Below the pieces are notes generated by a model. The model was given only the letters and a program-made list of their open reading frames with translations. It ran no database searches and was not told where the DNA came from. A stretch of DNA of 64,000 nt from the NCBI GenBank assembly GCA_964291235.2, contig OZ219815.1, positions 352,001 to 416,000 on the forward strand. Reading direction: 5' to 3'. Position 1 is the first letter of the stretch. The number at the start of each line of letters is the position of its first letter. The DNA comes from Vicinamibacteria bacterium. Lineage in GTDB: Bacteria; Acidobacteriota; Vicinamibacteria; Marinacidobacterales; Marinacidobacteraceae. The translations under genes were made by a program, and so were the position numbers. Of the stretch, positions 18,944-28,865 are shown piece after piece.

Positions 18944-20122
18944 TCAGGAGCTTCCGAAGCGGGCGAGCCGGTAGTCCCCGAGCAGGGCGACCTCGACGTC
19001 GTCGAGGATCTCCATGGCGGCGAACATCCCCATGATGGGCGCCATGGTCACCCCACTGTGCATTGAGGCGAAGTAGATGCCGGGAGCCGCGGGATCGAAA
19101 CCGACGATCGGGTGTCCGTCCCTGGGAAGCACCCGGTAGCCGAGGGTGACCTCGTCCACCTCCAACCCGCTCGCCGCGGGAAGGACCTTGGCGGTCTCTC
19201 GGAAGATCTCCTCACCCACGGCGCGGGAGTGGTCCGTGGCGCCCGCACCCGCGAAGCCGACGCCGGCGACCACCTTCCCCTCCGCCGCCTGCTTCACGTG
19301 GATGCTCGGCGCCAGCACGATCCGGTTTACCACGGACTTCGCGGGGGTCGAATGGGCCAGGATGCCAGGGGACTCCACGAGCGGGACCTCGACGCCGGCC
19401 TGCCGGGCGAGTTCGGGCGCCTGCACGCCGGCGGCAAGCACCAGGGTGTCGAGTTCGTGGTCTCCGGCTGAGGTCCGGACACCGCGCAGGACGCCGTAAC
19501 CGATATCCAACGACTGGACCTCGGCAATCAGAAACCTGGCGCCGGCGGACTCGGCCGCGGCCCAGAGCGCGCGGGTCGCCGAGCGAGGTTCGATGTGCCC
19601 TTCGGCGCTCGCCCAGATCGCAGCGAGAACCGGCGCCTCGGGAGTCAGTCCCGGCTCCAGCTCGTGAAACCTCGCTTCGTCCACCTGGTGGACGGGATAC
19701 CCCCAACGTTGGGCCCGGGCGAGCTGTTCATGGAGCACCCGGACGCGGTCCGCTTCAATGCGGTACTCCAGAGTGCCCCCCCAACTCACCTGAAGGGCGC
19801 CCTCGAGCTCGGCCTCGAGCCGGCGCCAGCCCTGCATGCCGCGCCAGTTCAGCTCGTGATAGGAATGCGGCCGCTTGGAGAAATTGGCGTTCATCCAGGC
19901 GAAGGAGTTCCCGGTGGCGCCCGCCGCCGGACCTTCGCGCTCGAAAACGGTGACTTCAGCGCCCCGCCGGGCGAGGTGCAGCGCGATGGAACACCCGAGA
20001 ATGCCCCCGCCGACCACCCCGATCCGGCCGTTCAGGCGCTGGGCGGCCGAAACGCCGCGGTAGCCCGAGGTCACCGCGACGCCCGCGACCGAAGTCAGGA
20101 ACCGACGCCGTCGCATGATCAC
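18944..20122 (-). CDS. FAD-dependent oxidoreductase (DAO family), Tat signal
   Basis: RRRFL Tat motif, VVGGGILG, HSGVTMAP. Confidence 0.88.
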   Translation of the reverse strand: MIMRRRRFLTSVAGVAVTSGYRGVSAAQRLNGRIGVVGGGILGCSIALHLARRGAEVTVFEREGPAAGATGNSFAWMNANFSKRPHSYHELNWRGMQGWRRLEAELEGALQVSWGGTLEYRIEADRVRVLHEQLARAQRWGYPVHQVDEARFHELEPGLTPEAPVLAAIWASAEGHIEPRSATRALWAAAESAGARFLIAEVQSLDIGYGVLRGVRTSAGDHELDTLVLAAGVQAPELARQAGVEVPLVESPGILAHSTPAKSVVNRIVLAPSIHVKQAAEGKVVAGVGFAGAGATDHSRAVGEEIFRETAKVLPAASGLEVDEVTLGYRVLPRDGHPIVGFDPAAPGIYFASMHSGVTMAPIMGMFAAMEILDDVEVALLGDYRLARFGSS

Positions 20123-20384
20123 CAGCCCCTGACCCGCAACGGGAGGCCCGTCGCGGCCATAAGCGGGGAGAGGACCCCGGGCGTGGCGCGCCGCGATGGG
20201 GAAGTGTGCATGGGGGAGCCTCCGGAAGCTAGCGGGAGAGCCAATTTACCGGACGGGCCGCGGGGCGGCGAGTCGGCCCCCCGCGGTTCTTCCGGTGGGG
20301 GCCGGCCGGGATACATCGCCGCTTGAACCCCGCGGGGGTTTGCTACAGGCTCTTAGCAGCGAGATGGCCAGGAATCGGAACACC

Positions 20385-22304
20385 ATGGATTCCAGCGGCG
20401 GAAGCCGGAAGCGGGACCGCGACCTCGGGATGCGGCGGGAAATCAGCCGGCGGGACTTCCTCAACGGGATTCCGCTGGGCCTTGGGGCCCTCACCCTCCC
20501 GGGTGCTTCCGGGTGGCTGCTCGGCGCCTGCACGGCGCCGGAACCGGGCGGTCCCTATCCGCCGGCGCTCACCGGGTTGCGGGGCAGCCACCCGGGTTCC
20601 TTCGAGGTCGCGCATGAGATGCGGGACCGCTTCGAGCGAACCGGCCCGTGGGACGACTCGGGCGCGGCCGACGGGGGGACCTTCGATCTGGTGGTGGTCG
20701 GCGGCGGCATCAGCGGCCTGAGCGCCGCCTGGTTCTACCGCAAGGCCTTCCCGGAGGCGCGGATTCTGGTTCTCGACAACCACGACGACTTCGGCGGACA
20801 TGCGAAACGGAACGAGTTCACCCACGAGGGCCGCACCGTGCTCGCCTACGGTGGAACCCAGTCCCTCGATTCGCCGTCGACGTTCAGCTCGGCGGTTCAC
20901 GGCCTGCTGGAGGATCTCGGAGTCGATCTGGACCTCTTCTTCACCGCTTTCGACCGTGACCTCTACCGGTCCCGCGGATTGCAGAACGCGGTCTTCTTCG
21001 GCGAGGAGGACTTTGACGAGGACCGGCTGGTCACCGGCATGGGGCGGCGTCCGGCAGCGGAGTTCGCCACCGCCGCGCCCCTGAGCCAGACCGGACGGTC
21101 CGACTTCATCCGCCTCTCAGAGTCACCGGGGGATCCCTGGCCCGAGCTCGACGAATCGGCCAAGAAGGAAAAACTGGCGGCCACCAGCTACCAGGCGTTC
21201 CTCGAGACCCTCGGGATGGGCGCCGAAATCCAGGCGCTCTACCGCCAGCGCACCCACGGATTGTTCGGGATGGGACCGGACGGGGTTCCGGCCCTCGACC
21301 TCTGGGGGCTTGGGTATCCGGGTTTCTCGGACCTGGGCCTCACCACCGGCGACCATCCCCGACTCAGCCTCACCGCGAAGCCGAACGAGAATCCCGATCC
21401 CTACATCTTCCACTTTCCGGACGGGAACGCCACCATCGCCCGTCTCCTGGTCCGCAAGCTGGTGCCCACGGCCGCCGCCGGAAACACCGGCGAAGACATT
21501 GTGCTGGCTCGGCTGGCCTACGGCGCACTGGACCGGCCGGACTCCGGGTGCCGCATCCGGCTGAACAGCACCGCGGTGCGGGTGCGGGAAGGCGGGGACG
21601 GCGAGGGCAGCGTGACCTATGTGCAGGACGGAAACGAAGTCCGGGTCCGCGCCCGGCAGATCGTGCTTGCCTGTTACAACCGGGTGATTCCCTACCTGGT
21701 GCCCGAACTGCCGCGAGAACAGCGGGAGGCGCTGGCCTACCCGCCCAAGGTGCCGCTCGTCTATTCGAACGTTCTCATCCGCAACTGGACCTCCTTCGTC
21801 TCGCTCGGCGCCTCGGGGATCTACTTCCCGGCAGGATTCCACGCCAGCGTCTCGCTCGATTTTCCGGTGAGCATCGGGGGCTACGACTTCTCGAGCGGCC
21901 CCGAGGATCTCGTCGTGCTGCACGCGGTGCGCACGCCCTGTCTCCCGGGCGCGAGCGCCCGGGTCCAGCATCAGGCCGGCCAAAACGATCTGCTGCAGAT
22001 GAGTTTCGAGACGTTCGAGCGCGAGACCCGCTCCCAGCTCGCCCGGGCCCTGGGGCCCGGAGGCTTCGATCCGGCTCGCGACATTCTCGGACTCACCGTG
22101 AACCGCTGGCCGCACGGGTACTCGTTCGAATACAACTCGCTTTGGGATCCGCCCTTCGCCCCCGGCGAAGCTCCGAACGAGATTGGCCGGAAGGCCTTCG
22201 GCAAGGTCCACATCGCGAACTCCGACGCCGCGGCGTACGCCTACACCCACGCGGCCATCGACGAGGCCCACCGCGCGGTCAGCGAGATCGTGAACGGCGG
22301 GTAG
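20385..22304 (+). CDS. Spermidine dehydrogenase-like FAD oxidoreductase, Tat signal
   Basis: ISRRDFLNG, YPPALTGLRGSHPGSFE, LDNHDDFGGHAKRNEF, VNRWPHGY. Confidence 0.85.
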   Translation: MDSSGGSRKRDRDLGMRREISRRDFLNGIPLGLGALTLPGASGWLLGACTAPEPGGPYPPALTGLRGSHPGSFEVAHEMRDRFERTGPWDDSGAADGGTFDLVVVGGGISGLSAAWFYRKAFPEARILVLDNHDDFGGHAKRNEFTHEGRTVLAYGGTQSLDSPSTFSSAVHGLLEDLGVDLDLFFTAFDRDLYRSRGLQNAVFFGEEDFDEDRLVTGMGRRPAAEFATAAPLSQTGRSDFIRLSESPGDPWPELDESAKKEKLAATSYQAFLETLGMGAEIQALYRQRTHGLFGMGPDGVPALDLWGLGYPGFSDLGLTTGDHPRLSLTAKPNENPDPYIFHFPDGNATIARLLVRKLVPTAAAGNTGEDIVLARLAYGALDRPDSGCRIRLNSTAVRVREGGDGEGSVTYVQDGNEVRVRARQIVLACYNRVIPYLVPELPREQREALAYPPKVPLVYSNVLIRNWTSFVSLGASGIYFPAGFHASVSLDFPVSIGGYDFSSGPEDLVVLHAVRTPCLPGASARVQHQAGQNDLLQMSFETFERETRSQLARALGPGGFDPARDILGLTVNRWPHGYSFEYNSLWDPPFAPGEAPNEIGRKAFGKVHIANSDAAAYAYTHAAIDEAHRAVSEIVNGG

Positions 22305-22318
22305 CGGGCCCCCGCCCA

Positions 22319-23143
22319 GTGCCCGAGCTGCCGGAGGCCGAAGCCAACCGGGAAAACCTGACCTCCTGGCTGGCCGGCGAACGCCTGCAGGTGGTCAGCG
22401 TTCCGGACCCGCTGACGCGGCGGGGTCAAGAGGAAAGGGCGATCCGGGCGGCCGCGGAAGGCCTGACCGTCGCCGCGGTCCGGCGGCGCGGCAAGTTCCT
22501 GCGTCTCGAGTTGAAAGGATGCGGCCCGGCGCTCCTCAGCCACCTCGGCATGAGCGGCAAGTGGGCCTTGCGACACACCGGGGAAGCGGACCCGCCCGCG
22601 GTACGCGCCGCGCTTGGCATCGCCGGCGGGCGCCGGGTGGTCTTTTCGGACAAACGGCGTTTCGGCCACTTTTCGATCTGCCTGCCGGCCGATGAGGAAA
22701 GACTCGCCCGCCTCGGACCGGAGCCGCTGGGGCCCGCCTTCACGGGCAAGGGACTCGCCGCCCTGCTCCGCGCCAGCCGCCGACCCGTCAAATCGCTCCT
22801 GATGGACCAGGACCGGATTGCGGGGATCGGCAACATCCAGGCGGCCGAGGCGCTCTGGCGCGCGGGAATCCACCCCGCCCGGAGTTCCACCCACGTCGGA
22901 AATCGGGAGGCGGCAAAACTCCATCGGGCAATCCGCTGGACGTTGCGCCGGTCCATCCGCAGCACCCGGACTCCGGAAATTCTCTACCTGAGCGACGGCG
23001 AGGCGGGACGCCAGAGCACCTCCGCCCGGTTCTTCGTTTACGGCCGGGAAGGAACGGCCTGTCCCCGCTGCCGGCGGGGCATCATCGCCCGCATACCGAT
23101 TGCCGGACGGTCCTCCTTCTATTGCCCGCGCTGCCAGATTTGA
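22319..23143 (+). CDS. mutM: Formamidopyrimidine-DNA glycosylase (Fpg)
   Basis: N-terminal PELPE (GTG start), RRGK, HLGMSG, GIGN H2TH, C-terminal CPRC...CPRCQ zinc finger. Confidence 0.92.
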   Translation: MPELPEAEANRENLTSWLAGERLQVVSVPDPLTRRGQEERAIRAAAEGLTVAAVRRRGKFLRLELKGCGPALLSHLGMSGKWALRHTGEADPPAVRAALGIAGGRRVVFSDKRRFGHFSICLPADEERLARLGPEPLGPAFTGKGLAALLRASRRPVKSLLMDQDRIAGIGNIQAAEALWRAGIHPARSSTHVGNREAAKLHRAIRWTLRRSIRSTRTPEILYLSDGEAGRQSTSARFFVYGREGTACPRCRRGIIARIPIAGRSSFYCPRCQI

Positions 23144-23360
23144 CGCTCGACCTTCGCGGCATGTTAGGCTTCGGGAACAGCAGTCGGGGCCAGTGCCCGC
23201 GTTTCTAACGTTCTTCGACCTGCTCCTTTCGCCGGCGATTCAGCGCCGCTGAGTCGCCCCGGGCACTCCGATTGACTGACGTGTCGCGCACCCGTTGCGC
23301 GGCTGCTCCGGATGGCCCACCGGGCCATCCCTCGTTTCAAACGTAGATCTTTCTTCCCGA

Positions 23361-23807
23361 ATGAAGTACCGCCGCCGCGGACAGCGCAAACGCCGCGATA
23401 CGGAAGAGCAACGCCGTTTCCAGCGCGAGGTCAACGAGCGACTCGCCGACCTCGGAAACACGGAACAACTTCGTACGTTGCGGCTCGCCGGGGACCGGCG
23501 CGCCACGATCGTGACCCGCTGCGCGCGCTGCGGCTATCAGTGGCCTACGGGCGAAGTGTCCATCGTCGTCGGTTCAACGTGCCCCACCTGCAACACCCCG
23601 CTGAGGTCGTGCCGCCACTGCGCGCTCTTCGATCCGAAAGAACGGTTCGAGTGCCGGGCCGACATCGCCGAACGCATCGTGAACAAGTGGGCCGGCAATG
23701 AGTGCCTCTCCTTCCGTCCTACGGAAGTTCTCGACGTGACTGGTCGGAAGCTCGACACCGCGCGGGACGCCAAGGCCGCCTTCGACAGCCTCTTCGAGAG
23801 CAGTTGA
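23361..23807 (+). CDS. Hypothetical Cys-rich (zinc-binding) protein
   Basis: CARC, CPTC, CRHC..F..ECR..GNEC..F; ends AKAAFDSLF. Confidence 0.7.
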   Translation: MKYRRRGQRKRRDTEEQRRFQREVNERLADLGNTEQLRTLRLAGDRRATIVTRCARCGYQWPTGEVSIVVGSTCPTCNTPLRSCRHCALFDPKERFECRADIAERIVNKWAGNECLSFRPTEVLDVTGRKLDTARDAKAAFDSLFESS

Positions 23808-24508
23808 ACCTTCTTGCCGGCACGTCCGGCTACGGCTTTCGGGAGTGGGTGGGAGCTTTCTACCCGGCGAAAACAAAACCCGCCGAGTTCCTTGGGTACT
23901 ACGCGTCGGTTTTCCGCAGCGTCGAGGTGAATCACACCTTCCGGCGCTTCCCGAAGCCGGAACTCGCAGCTTCCTGGGCCGCGAGCACCCCGGACTCCTT
24001 CCGGTTCGCCGTCAAGGCGCACCAGGGGATCACCCACCGGGCCCGACTCGCAGACACCGAAGAGTCGGTAGCGTCCTTTCTCAAGGCGCTCGAGCCGCTG
24101 GGGGAACGGCTCGGGCCGGTCCTCTTCCAGTGCCCTCCCTGGTTTCGCCGGGACGACGACCGGCTCGAGCGTTTTCTCGGAAGCCTCCCGAAAGGAGGCC
24201 GTTTCGCCCTCGAGTTTCGGCACGATTCATGGCAGTGCGACGCCGTCCGGGCGGCATGCCGGGCCGCCGGAGCGACACTAGTCGCCGGTGTCACGGATCT
24301 CGACCGGGATCCGGAAATCTCCATCACCGCGGACTTCGCCTACGTCCGCCTCCGCCGCGACCCGCCCTATAGCCCGGAGGAGCGGCAGGTGATTTCCCGG
24401 ATGCTGGACCGGCTACGCGACCAGGTCGAAACTCTCTACCTCTACGTCAAGCACGACGGGCCCGGGTTGGCCCCCGAAGCGGTGTCCTGGATCCAGCGGC
24501 TGGGCTAG
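23804..24508 (+). CDS. DUF72 (YecE/YunF-like) protein
   Basis: GTSGY, VEVNHTF, FAVKAH, LEFRHDSW, YVRLR; TTG start overlaps upstream stop. Confidence 0.88.
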   Translation: MNLLAGTSGYGFREWVGAFYPAKTKPAEFLGYYASVFRSVEVNHTFRRFPKPELAASWAASTPDSFRFAVKAHQGITHRARLADTEESVASFLKALEPLGERLGPVLFQCPPWFRRDDDRLERFLGSLPKGGRFALEFRHDSWQCDAVRAACRAAGATLVAGVTDLDRDPEISITADFAYVRLRRDPPYSPEERQVISRMLDRLRDQVETLYLYVKHDGPGLAPEAVSWIQRLG

Positions 24509-24569
24509 GAGAGGGCGGACCTTCTCACCCGGCCGATGGAAGCCGCGAGTTGTCAGAGCGGGGAGTCGT

Positions 24570-24947
24570 CTACCGATTACCGGGCGGACGCCAGCGGCGG
24601 ATGAGTTCCTTCGCACGTTCCTTGCGCCGAGCCCCCTCCCGAATCTGCTGGCAGAAGTAACACAGGTCGTCGTGCGCCACGAATGGCCCCTGCTCGCCCT
24701 GGTCCTGAAAATGCTCGGTCAGTTCCTCCCGCATGTTCTCGGCCTCCCCGATGTAAAGGACCCCTCCGGTCCGCCCGAAAACTACATAGACCCCGGGTGA
24801 TGGCGGAGCACCGTTCACCCCGCGAGCGCTGAATTCGTAGTTGTTCTTGCGTGTCAACAGCAGCTCTCCCGAAATCGGTTCCGGCGTTTGAAGTCGAACG
24901 TCCCCAACCTCCCGCGACAGGACAACACAGAAGCCTTCAAGCGCCAT
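24570..24947 (-). CDS. Stand-alone GIY-YIG-like domain protein (start may be TTG at 24857)
   Basis: PPSPGVYVVF....VLYIGEAENMR resembles the UvrC N-terminus. Confidence 0.6.
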   Translation of the reverse strand: MALEGFCVVLSREVGDVRLQTPEPISGELLLTRKNNYEFSARGVNGAPPSPGVYVVFGRTGGVLYIGEAENMREELTEHFQDQGEQGPFVAHDDLCYFCQQIREGARRKERAKELIRRWRPPGNR

Positions 24948-25211
24948 TGTAATTCCACATTTCGCGACAAATTCACGACAAAAATCAGTTTGTGAGCGAT
25001 GATCCTGACTCTTGCCGTCCGGACACCATGCCGGGCCGCCCGAGCGAACGTTACGCCGACATAGAGTCGGAGCGCCGGCCTCTGGCCGGCATCGCTCCCC
25101 CGCAGGGGAGCGAAACCGCACATCGGTGCCCAGCCGCACGGTGCGCAGGCACACGGGCGTTACGTCGTCCCCGTTCGGCTGTGTGCTGTGCGGCGGATGG
25201 AATTCGTGAGT

Positions 25212-25688
25212 TGGCAGCGAACGTGTTCGCTGCCCGCGAGTTTCGGGGGGAATGTGTGAAAGGGGGCACTCCCCCTTTCACAAAAAAGTAACGACGAACC
25301 GGAACTCGCCGAAGCGCGCGCCAGCGCGCGAGGGAGTTGCGGTTCGCGGCACGAAGTGCCGGGCGGTGTCGGGGCGGGGCGCACAGCCCGCCCGCCTTGC
25401 GGCAAATTCTGTTTCCGGGGCACACGCCCCGCCCCGACCGAACGATGGCATGAACTGATGGCAGCGAACGTGTTCGCTGCCCGCGAGTTCGGGGGGAATG
25501 CGTGAAAGGGGGCACTCCCCCTTTCACAAAAAAGTAACGACGAACCGGAACTCGCCGAAGCGCGCCTCAGCGCGCGAGGGAGTTGCGGTTCGCGGCACGA
25601 AGTGCCGGGCGGTGTCGGGGCGGGGCGCACGGCCCCTCGCCGTGCGGCGGATCCGGCTCCCGGGGCACACGCCCCGCCCCGACACCGC
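25212..25688. repeat. Two ~247-bp tandem palindrome-rich (REP/BIME-like) units
   Basis: Copies start at 25212 and 25459; hairpins GGCAGCGAAC..GTTCGCTGCC, GTGAAAGGGG..CCCCTTTCAC, GTCGGGGCGGGGCG..CGCCCCGCCCCGAC. Confidence 0.85.
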
Positions 25689-25694
25689 TCGAGA

Positions 25695-28600
25695 CTAGAA
25701 GGGCCAGCCCATCCAGAAGTCGAACTTCCAGCCGTCGAGGGTGGTCGCGAAATCGGTGCGCTTGGACCAGGCGAAGTTCAGCGGGAGCCCCAGGAAATAG
25801 ACGCGGGCGTTGAAGCCGTAGGAGGCGACGAAATCGTCGAGGCCGGCGCCTTCGGAAATGCAGACGACGTTCTGCCGCGGACCGCACAGGTTCCCCAGTC
25901 TCGACTCCCGGCGCTCGGACGAATAGATGTTCAAATCGTCGCCGGCATACGCAGCGCCGCCGGCATCGACGAAGAAGCTGCCGCGCAGCGGACCGATGAG
26001 GCCGAGCGGCGTGATGGCGGCATCGATGATCGGAAAGCGGAATTCGACGGTGGCGTGGCCGCCCCGGTTCCCGACGAACGAGTAGAGCGGGTAACCGCGG
26101 AGCTCGCCGTTCCCGCCGAACCAGAAAAAGCCCGGCGCGTCACCGGCGCTGTGGAACCACTTGACGCGCGCCGCCAGCACGCTGGCGGTGGTGAGCTGGA
26201 AGTACTTCCGGGCGTCAAGGTTGAACGTGGTGCGGGAAAGGAAGGCGCCCCCCGGGGACCACTCGATGCCCGCATACACCGTGCTTCCCGCCTGCGGGAA
26301 CACCGCCGGGCCAAGCTGACGGAAGCGGATGGTGTCCTGCACGAAGGCGGCGCGCGCCGGCAGGAGGTGCCCGCTCGGGAAGATCCGCGTGTAGAAGTCG
26401 TCGTACTGATCGATGAAGTCGCTGGGAAACAGCGGATCCTCGCCCGGCTGAAGATAGATGTTCTCAAAGCCGGAACTCTGGTAGTCGTAGCCGATTCCCA
26501 TCTCGAACCGGCGGAAACGGCTGAGTGGATAGAGCGCCCGGGCGGAAGCGCCGGAGGAACGAATCGTGCCGATGCTGTCGGAGCGCGACCAGAAATTCGA
26601 GATGTAGTAAGGAAGGTACGGGTAGAAGAACGAGGTCTGGTCGTGCGCCTCCACCGCGTACTGGAGCCGCCCGGCAAGGTTCGCGTACTGGGCGTTGTAG
26701 ATGCGGTAAGAACGGACCGAATACGCGGTGAACGAAAGGCGATCATCGCCCAGCACGTCCGAGAGTGAGATCGCCGTGCCGCCGAGGAAATCGAAGTCGC
26801 TCGTGAACCCGGCGGTGATGGGCGGCGGCCCATCCAGGAACAGCTTCTCGAAGCGGCCCTTCTCGCGCTTGTTCTCGCTGATGACCTGATGGTTCACGGT
26901 GGGAACGAAGTCGATGACCGGGCCCGGGGTGCGAACGATGGTGTCAGCGAAGATCTCCTTGACGGGTTCGTCCATACCGAGCGTGTGGAGCCCCCAGTTC
27001 CCCTTGTAGTAGCTCGTGAAGAGGAGAGTCTCCTCCCCCGTCTCGGGGTCCCTGATGACGCTCGGGGCGAAGTTTCCGCCGAGAACGTCCGTGTACTGGA
27101 GAATGTCGCCGGTTTCAGTGTCCAGCGAGCGGATGTTGAAGATCCCGTCGTCTTCATTCGAGGAATAGACGAGATCCCGCCCGTTGGGCGCGAAGATCGG
27201 AGCGATGTCGTTGAAGGTGCCGAAGGTGACTTGTTCCTTCTCACCGGTCTCGATTCGAAGCCGGTAGAGCTTGTCGTAGCCACTGATCCGCCGGCTGTAA
27301 TAGGCCCATTCCCCGTCCGGGCTCACCGTCGGGAACTTGTCGTGGAAGTCGTCCTGCGTGAGGTTTTGGATCTCCTCGGTGGCGATGTTCACGCGATACA
27401 GATCAGAGATCGCGTTGTTGAGCGCGGTGAAGTAAACCCACTGGCCATCCGGCCCGACGTGCGGGAACTTGGCGCGGTCGAGCGGCATCTCGATCCGTCG
27501 GACAATCCTCGATTCCACCACGTCGGCGAAGAGCAGCGCCCGGCGCTTCTGGAACCGCCCGAAAAAGGCGACCTGCGACCCGTCCGGGGTCCAGCTCAGG
27601 TTCCGGCCGATGAGCTGGTCCTCACCGGTCAACCCCACCACGTTGATGAATTCGCCCGCGTACCCGGGGGTCAGGTTGCGGATGACCTCGCCGTCCCGGG
27701 CGGAGAGCAGCACGACATCGTATTCCGTCTCCCGGCGGTTCCCCGCGAGCACCGCGATGACCTCGCCGGACGGTGACTGCGCCGCCGAGATCGCCCCGAC
27801 GTAGCGCCCCTCCCGGGGCGACAGGTCCACGCTGTAGTCCTCGGGAATCTCCTTGTCGCGGTAGGGCTTGAAGCGCTCCTTCATCCACCGCTTGTATTCG
27901 CGGTAGAACTCCTCCGAGGGCATCCGGAACGCCTGCTCGAACACCTCCTCGCTGACTCCCCCAGTCACCGCCCGGCGCAGCGAGAACACGAACTGGCGGA
28001 CGCCCTCTTTGCCGAAACGCTCCTCCATGAAGTTGAAGATGGAAGCCCCGAAGGAGTAGGGAGCGCGGGCGAAGGCCTGATTCAGGGCTTCGAAAGTGGG
28101 AATCTCATCGGCGACGGCAGCGTCGCGAATCACCATCAGGTCGAGCGGGTCCCACTCGTCTTCCATGTAGGTGGCGAGGCCCTCGTCGATCCAGAGCGGC
28201 ACCGTCTGGCGGAAGAGCGACCGGGGAACGATGTCGAACTCGAAGATGTGGGTCAGCTCGTGGAGGAAGAGCTCCTGGAGTTCGTCCGGGGGGTTGTCGA
28301 TCGGGATGACCATCCGGTCGCGCGCGGATTCCGCGAACGCCCCGACGCCTTCCGGAATCTCGGACGGGGACAGGTTCGTCTGCGCGAATTCGGAGAACGT
28401 CTTGTAGAGGATCAGCGGAATGGCGAACGGAATCTCGTGCTTCAGTTCGTCGGAGATGGTTTCGTAGGCGCTCTCCGCATAACTCACCAGCCGACCCAGT
28501 TCCTCTTCCATCTCGGGGTAGTAGTAAACGTCGAAGTGCGGCGACCGGTACACCTGCCAGTCGTGTTTGTCGTACTTGACCTTGTTCTTCCCGAAGAACG

Positions 28601-28712
28601 GGATGAAGTACTGCGCCGGAGCCACGCTGGCCATTCCGAGCGCCGCCAGGAGGACGGTGAGAACGAGGTGCTTCCGGAGCCGGAAGCCGGACTTCGAAGA
28701 GTCACGAGTCAC
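25695..28712 (-). CDS. Peptidase MA-like + PD40 repeats + BamA/TamA-type beta-barrel outer-membrane protein
   Basis: FGKNKVKY, HELTH..PLWIDEGLA, SPDG repeats, LRGY barrel motif, C-terminal F; GTG at 28712 with SD AAGGAG. Confidence 0.85.
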   Translation of the reverse strand: MTRDSSKSGFRLRKHLVLTVLLAALGMASVAPAQYFIPFFGKNKVKYDKHDWQVYRSPHFDVYYYPEMEEELGRLVSYAESAYETISDELKHEIPFAIPLILYKTFSEFAQTNLSPSEIPEGVGAFAESARDRMVIPIDNPPDELQELFLHELTHIFEFDIVPRSLFRQTVPLWIDEGLATYMEDEWDPLDLMVIRDAAVADEIPTFEALNQAFARAPYSFGASIFNFMEERFGKEGVRQFVFSLRRAVTGGVSEEVFEQAFRMPSEEFYREYKRWMKERFKPYRDKEIPEDYSVDLSPREGRYVGAISAAQSPSGEVIAVLAGNRRETEYDVVLLSARDGEVIRNLTPGYAGEFINVVGLTGEDQLIGRNLSWTPDGSQVAFFGRFQKRRALLFADVVESRIVRRIEMPLDRAKFPHVGPDGQWVYFTALNNAISDLYRVNIATEEIQNLTQDDFHDKFPTVSPDGEWAYYSRRISGYDKLYRLRIETGEKEQVTFGTFNDIAPIFAPNGRDLVYSSNEDDGIFNIRSLDTETGDILQYTDVLGGNFAPSVIRDPETGEETLLFTSYYKGNWGLHTLGMDEPVKEIFADTIVRTPGPVIDFVPTVNHQVISENKREKGRFEKLFLDGPPPITAGFTSDFDFLGGTAISLSDVLGDDRLSFTAYSVRSYRIYNAQYANLAGRLQYAVEAHDQTSFFYPYLPYYISNFWSRSDSIGTIRSSGASARALYPLSRFRRFEMGIGYDYQSSGFENIYLQPGEDPLFPSDFIDQYDDFYTRIFPSGHLLPARAAFVQDTIRFRQLGPAVFPQAGSTVYAGIEWSPGGAFLSRTTFNLDARKYFQLTTASVLAARVKWFHSAGDAPGFFWFGGNGELRGYPLYSFVGNRGGHATVEFRFPIIDAAITPLGLIGPLRGSFFVDAGGAAYAGDDLNIYSSERRESRLGNLCGPRQNVVCISEGAGLDDFVASYGFNARVYFLGLPLNFAWSKRTDFATTLDGWKFDFWMGWPF

Positions 28713-28725
28713 GAGACTTCTCCTT

Positions 28726-28850
28726 TGGCAGCCTGGGATGAAACCCATGTGAGCACCGAGGCCCCCACCGGGAGAACCGGGGTGAGGCCCAGTTCTCCCG
28801 GTGGGGGCCAGCCGGGATGCATCGCTCGTCGGGTTTGCCACAGGCTGTTA
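28726..28850. mobile_element. MITE-like element, copy 1
   Basis: Ends GCAGCCTG..TGAAACCC and GGGTTTGCCACAGGCTG; shares GTGAGCACCGAG and CAGCCGGGATGCATCGC with 34777-34961. Confidence 0.7.
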
Positions 28851-28865
28851 TTTCCGGAAGGAAAA

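Noticed and set aside
28713-28841. N-terminal extension of the BamA-like ORF
   Set aside because: Mostly translates the MITE; a GTG with a good SD lies at 28712
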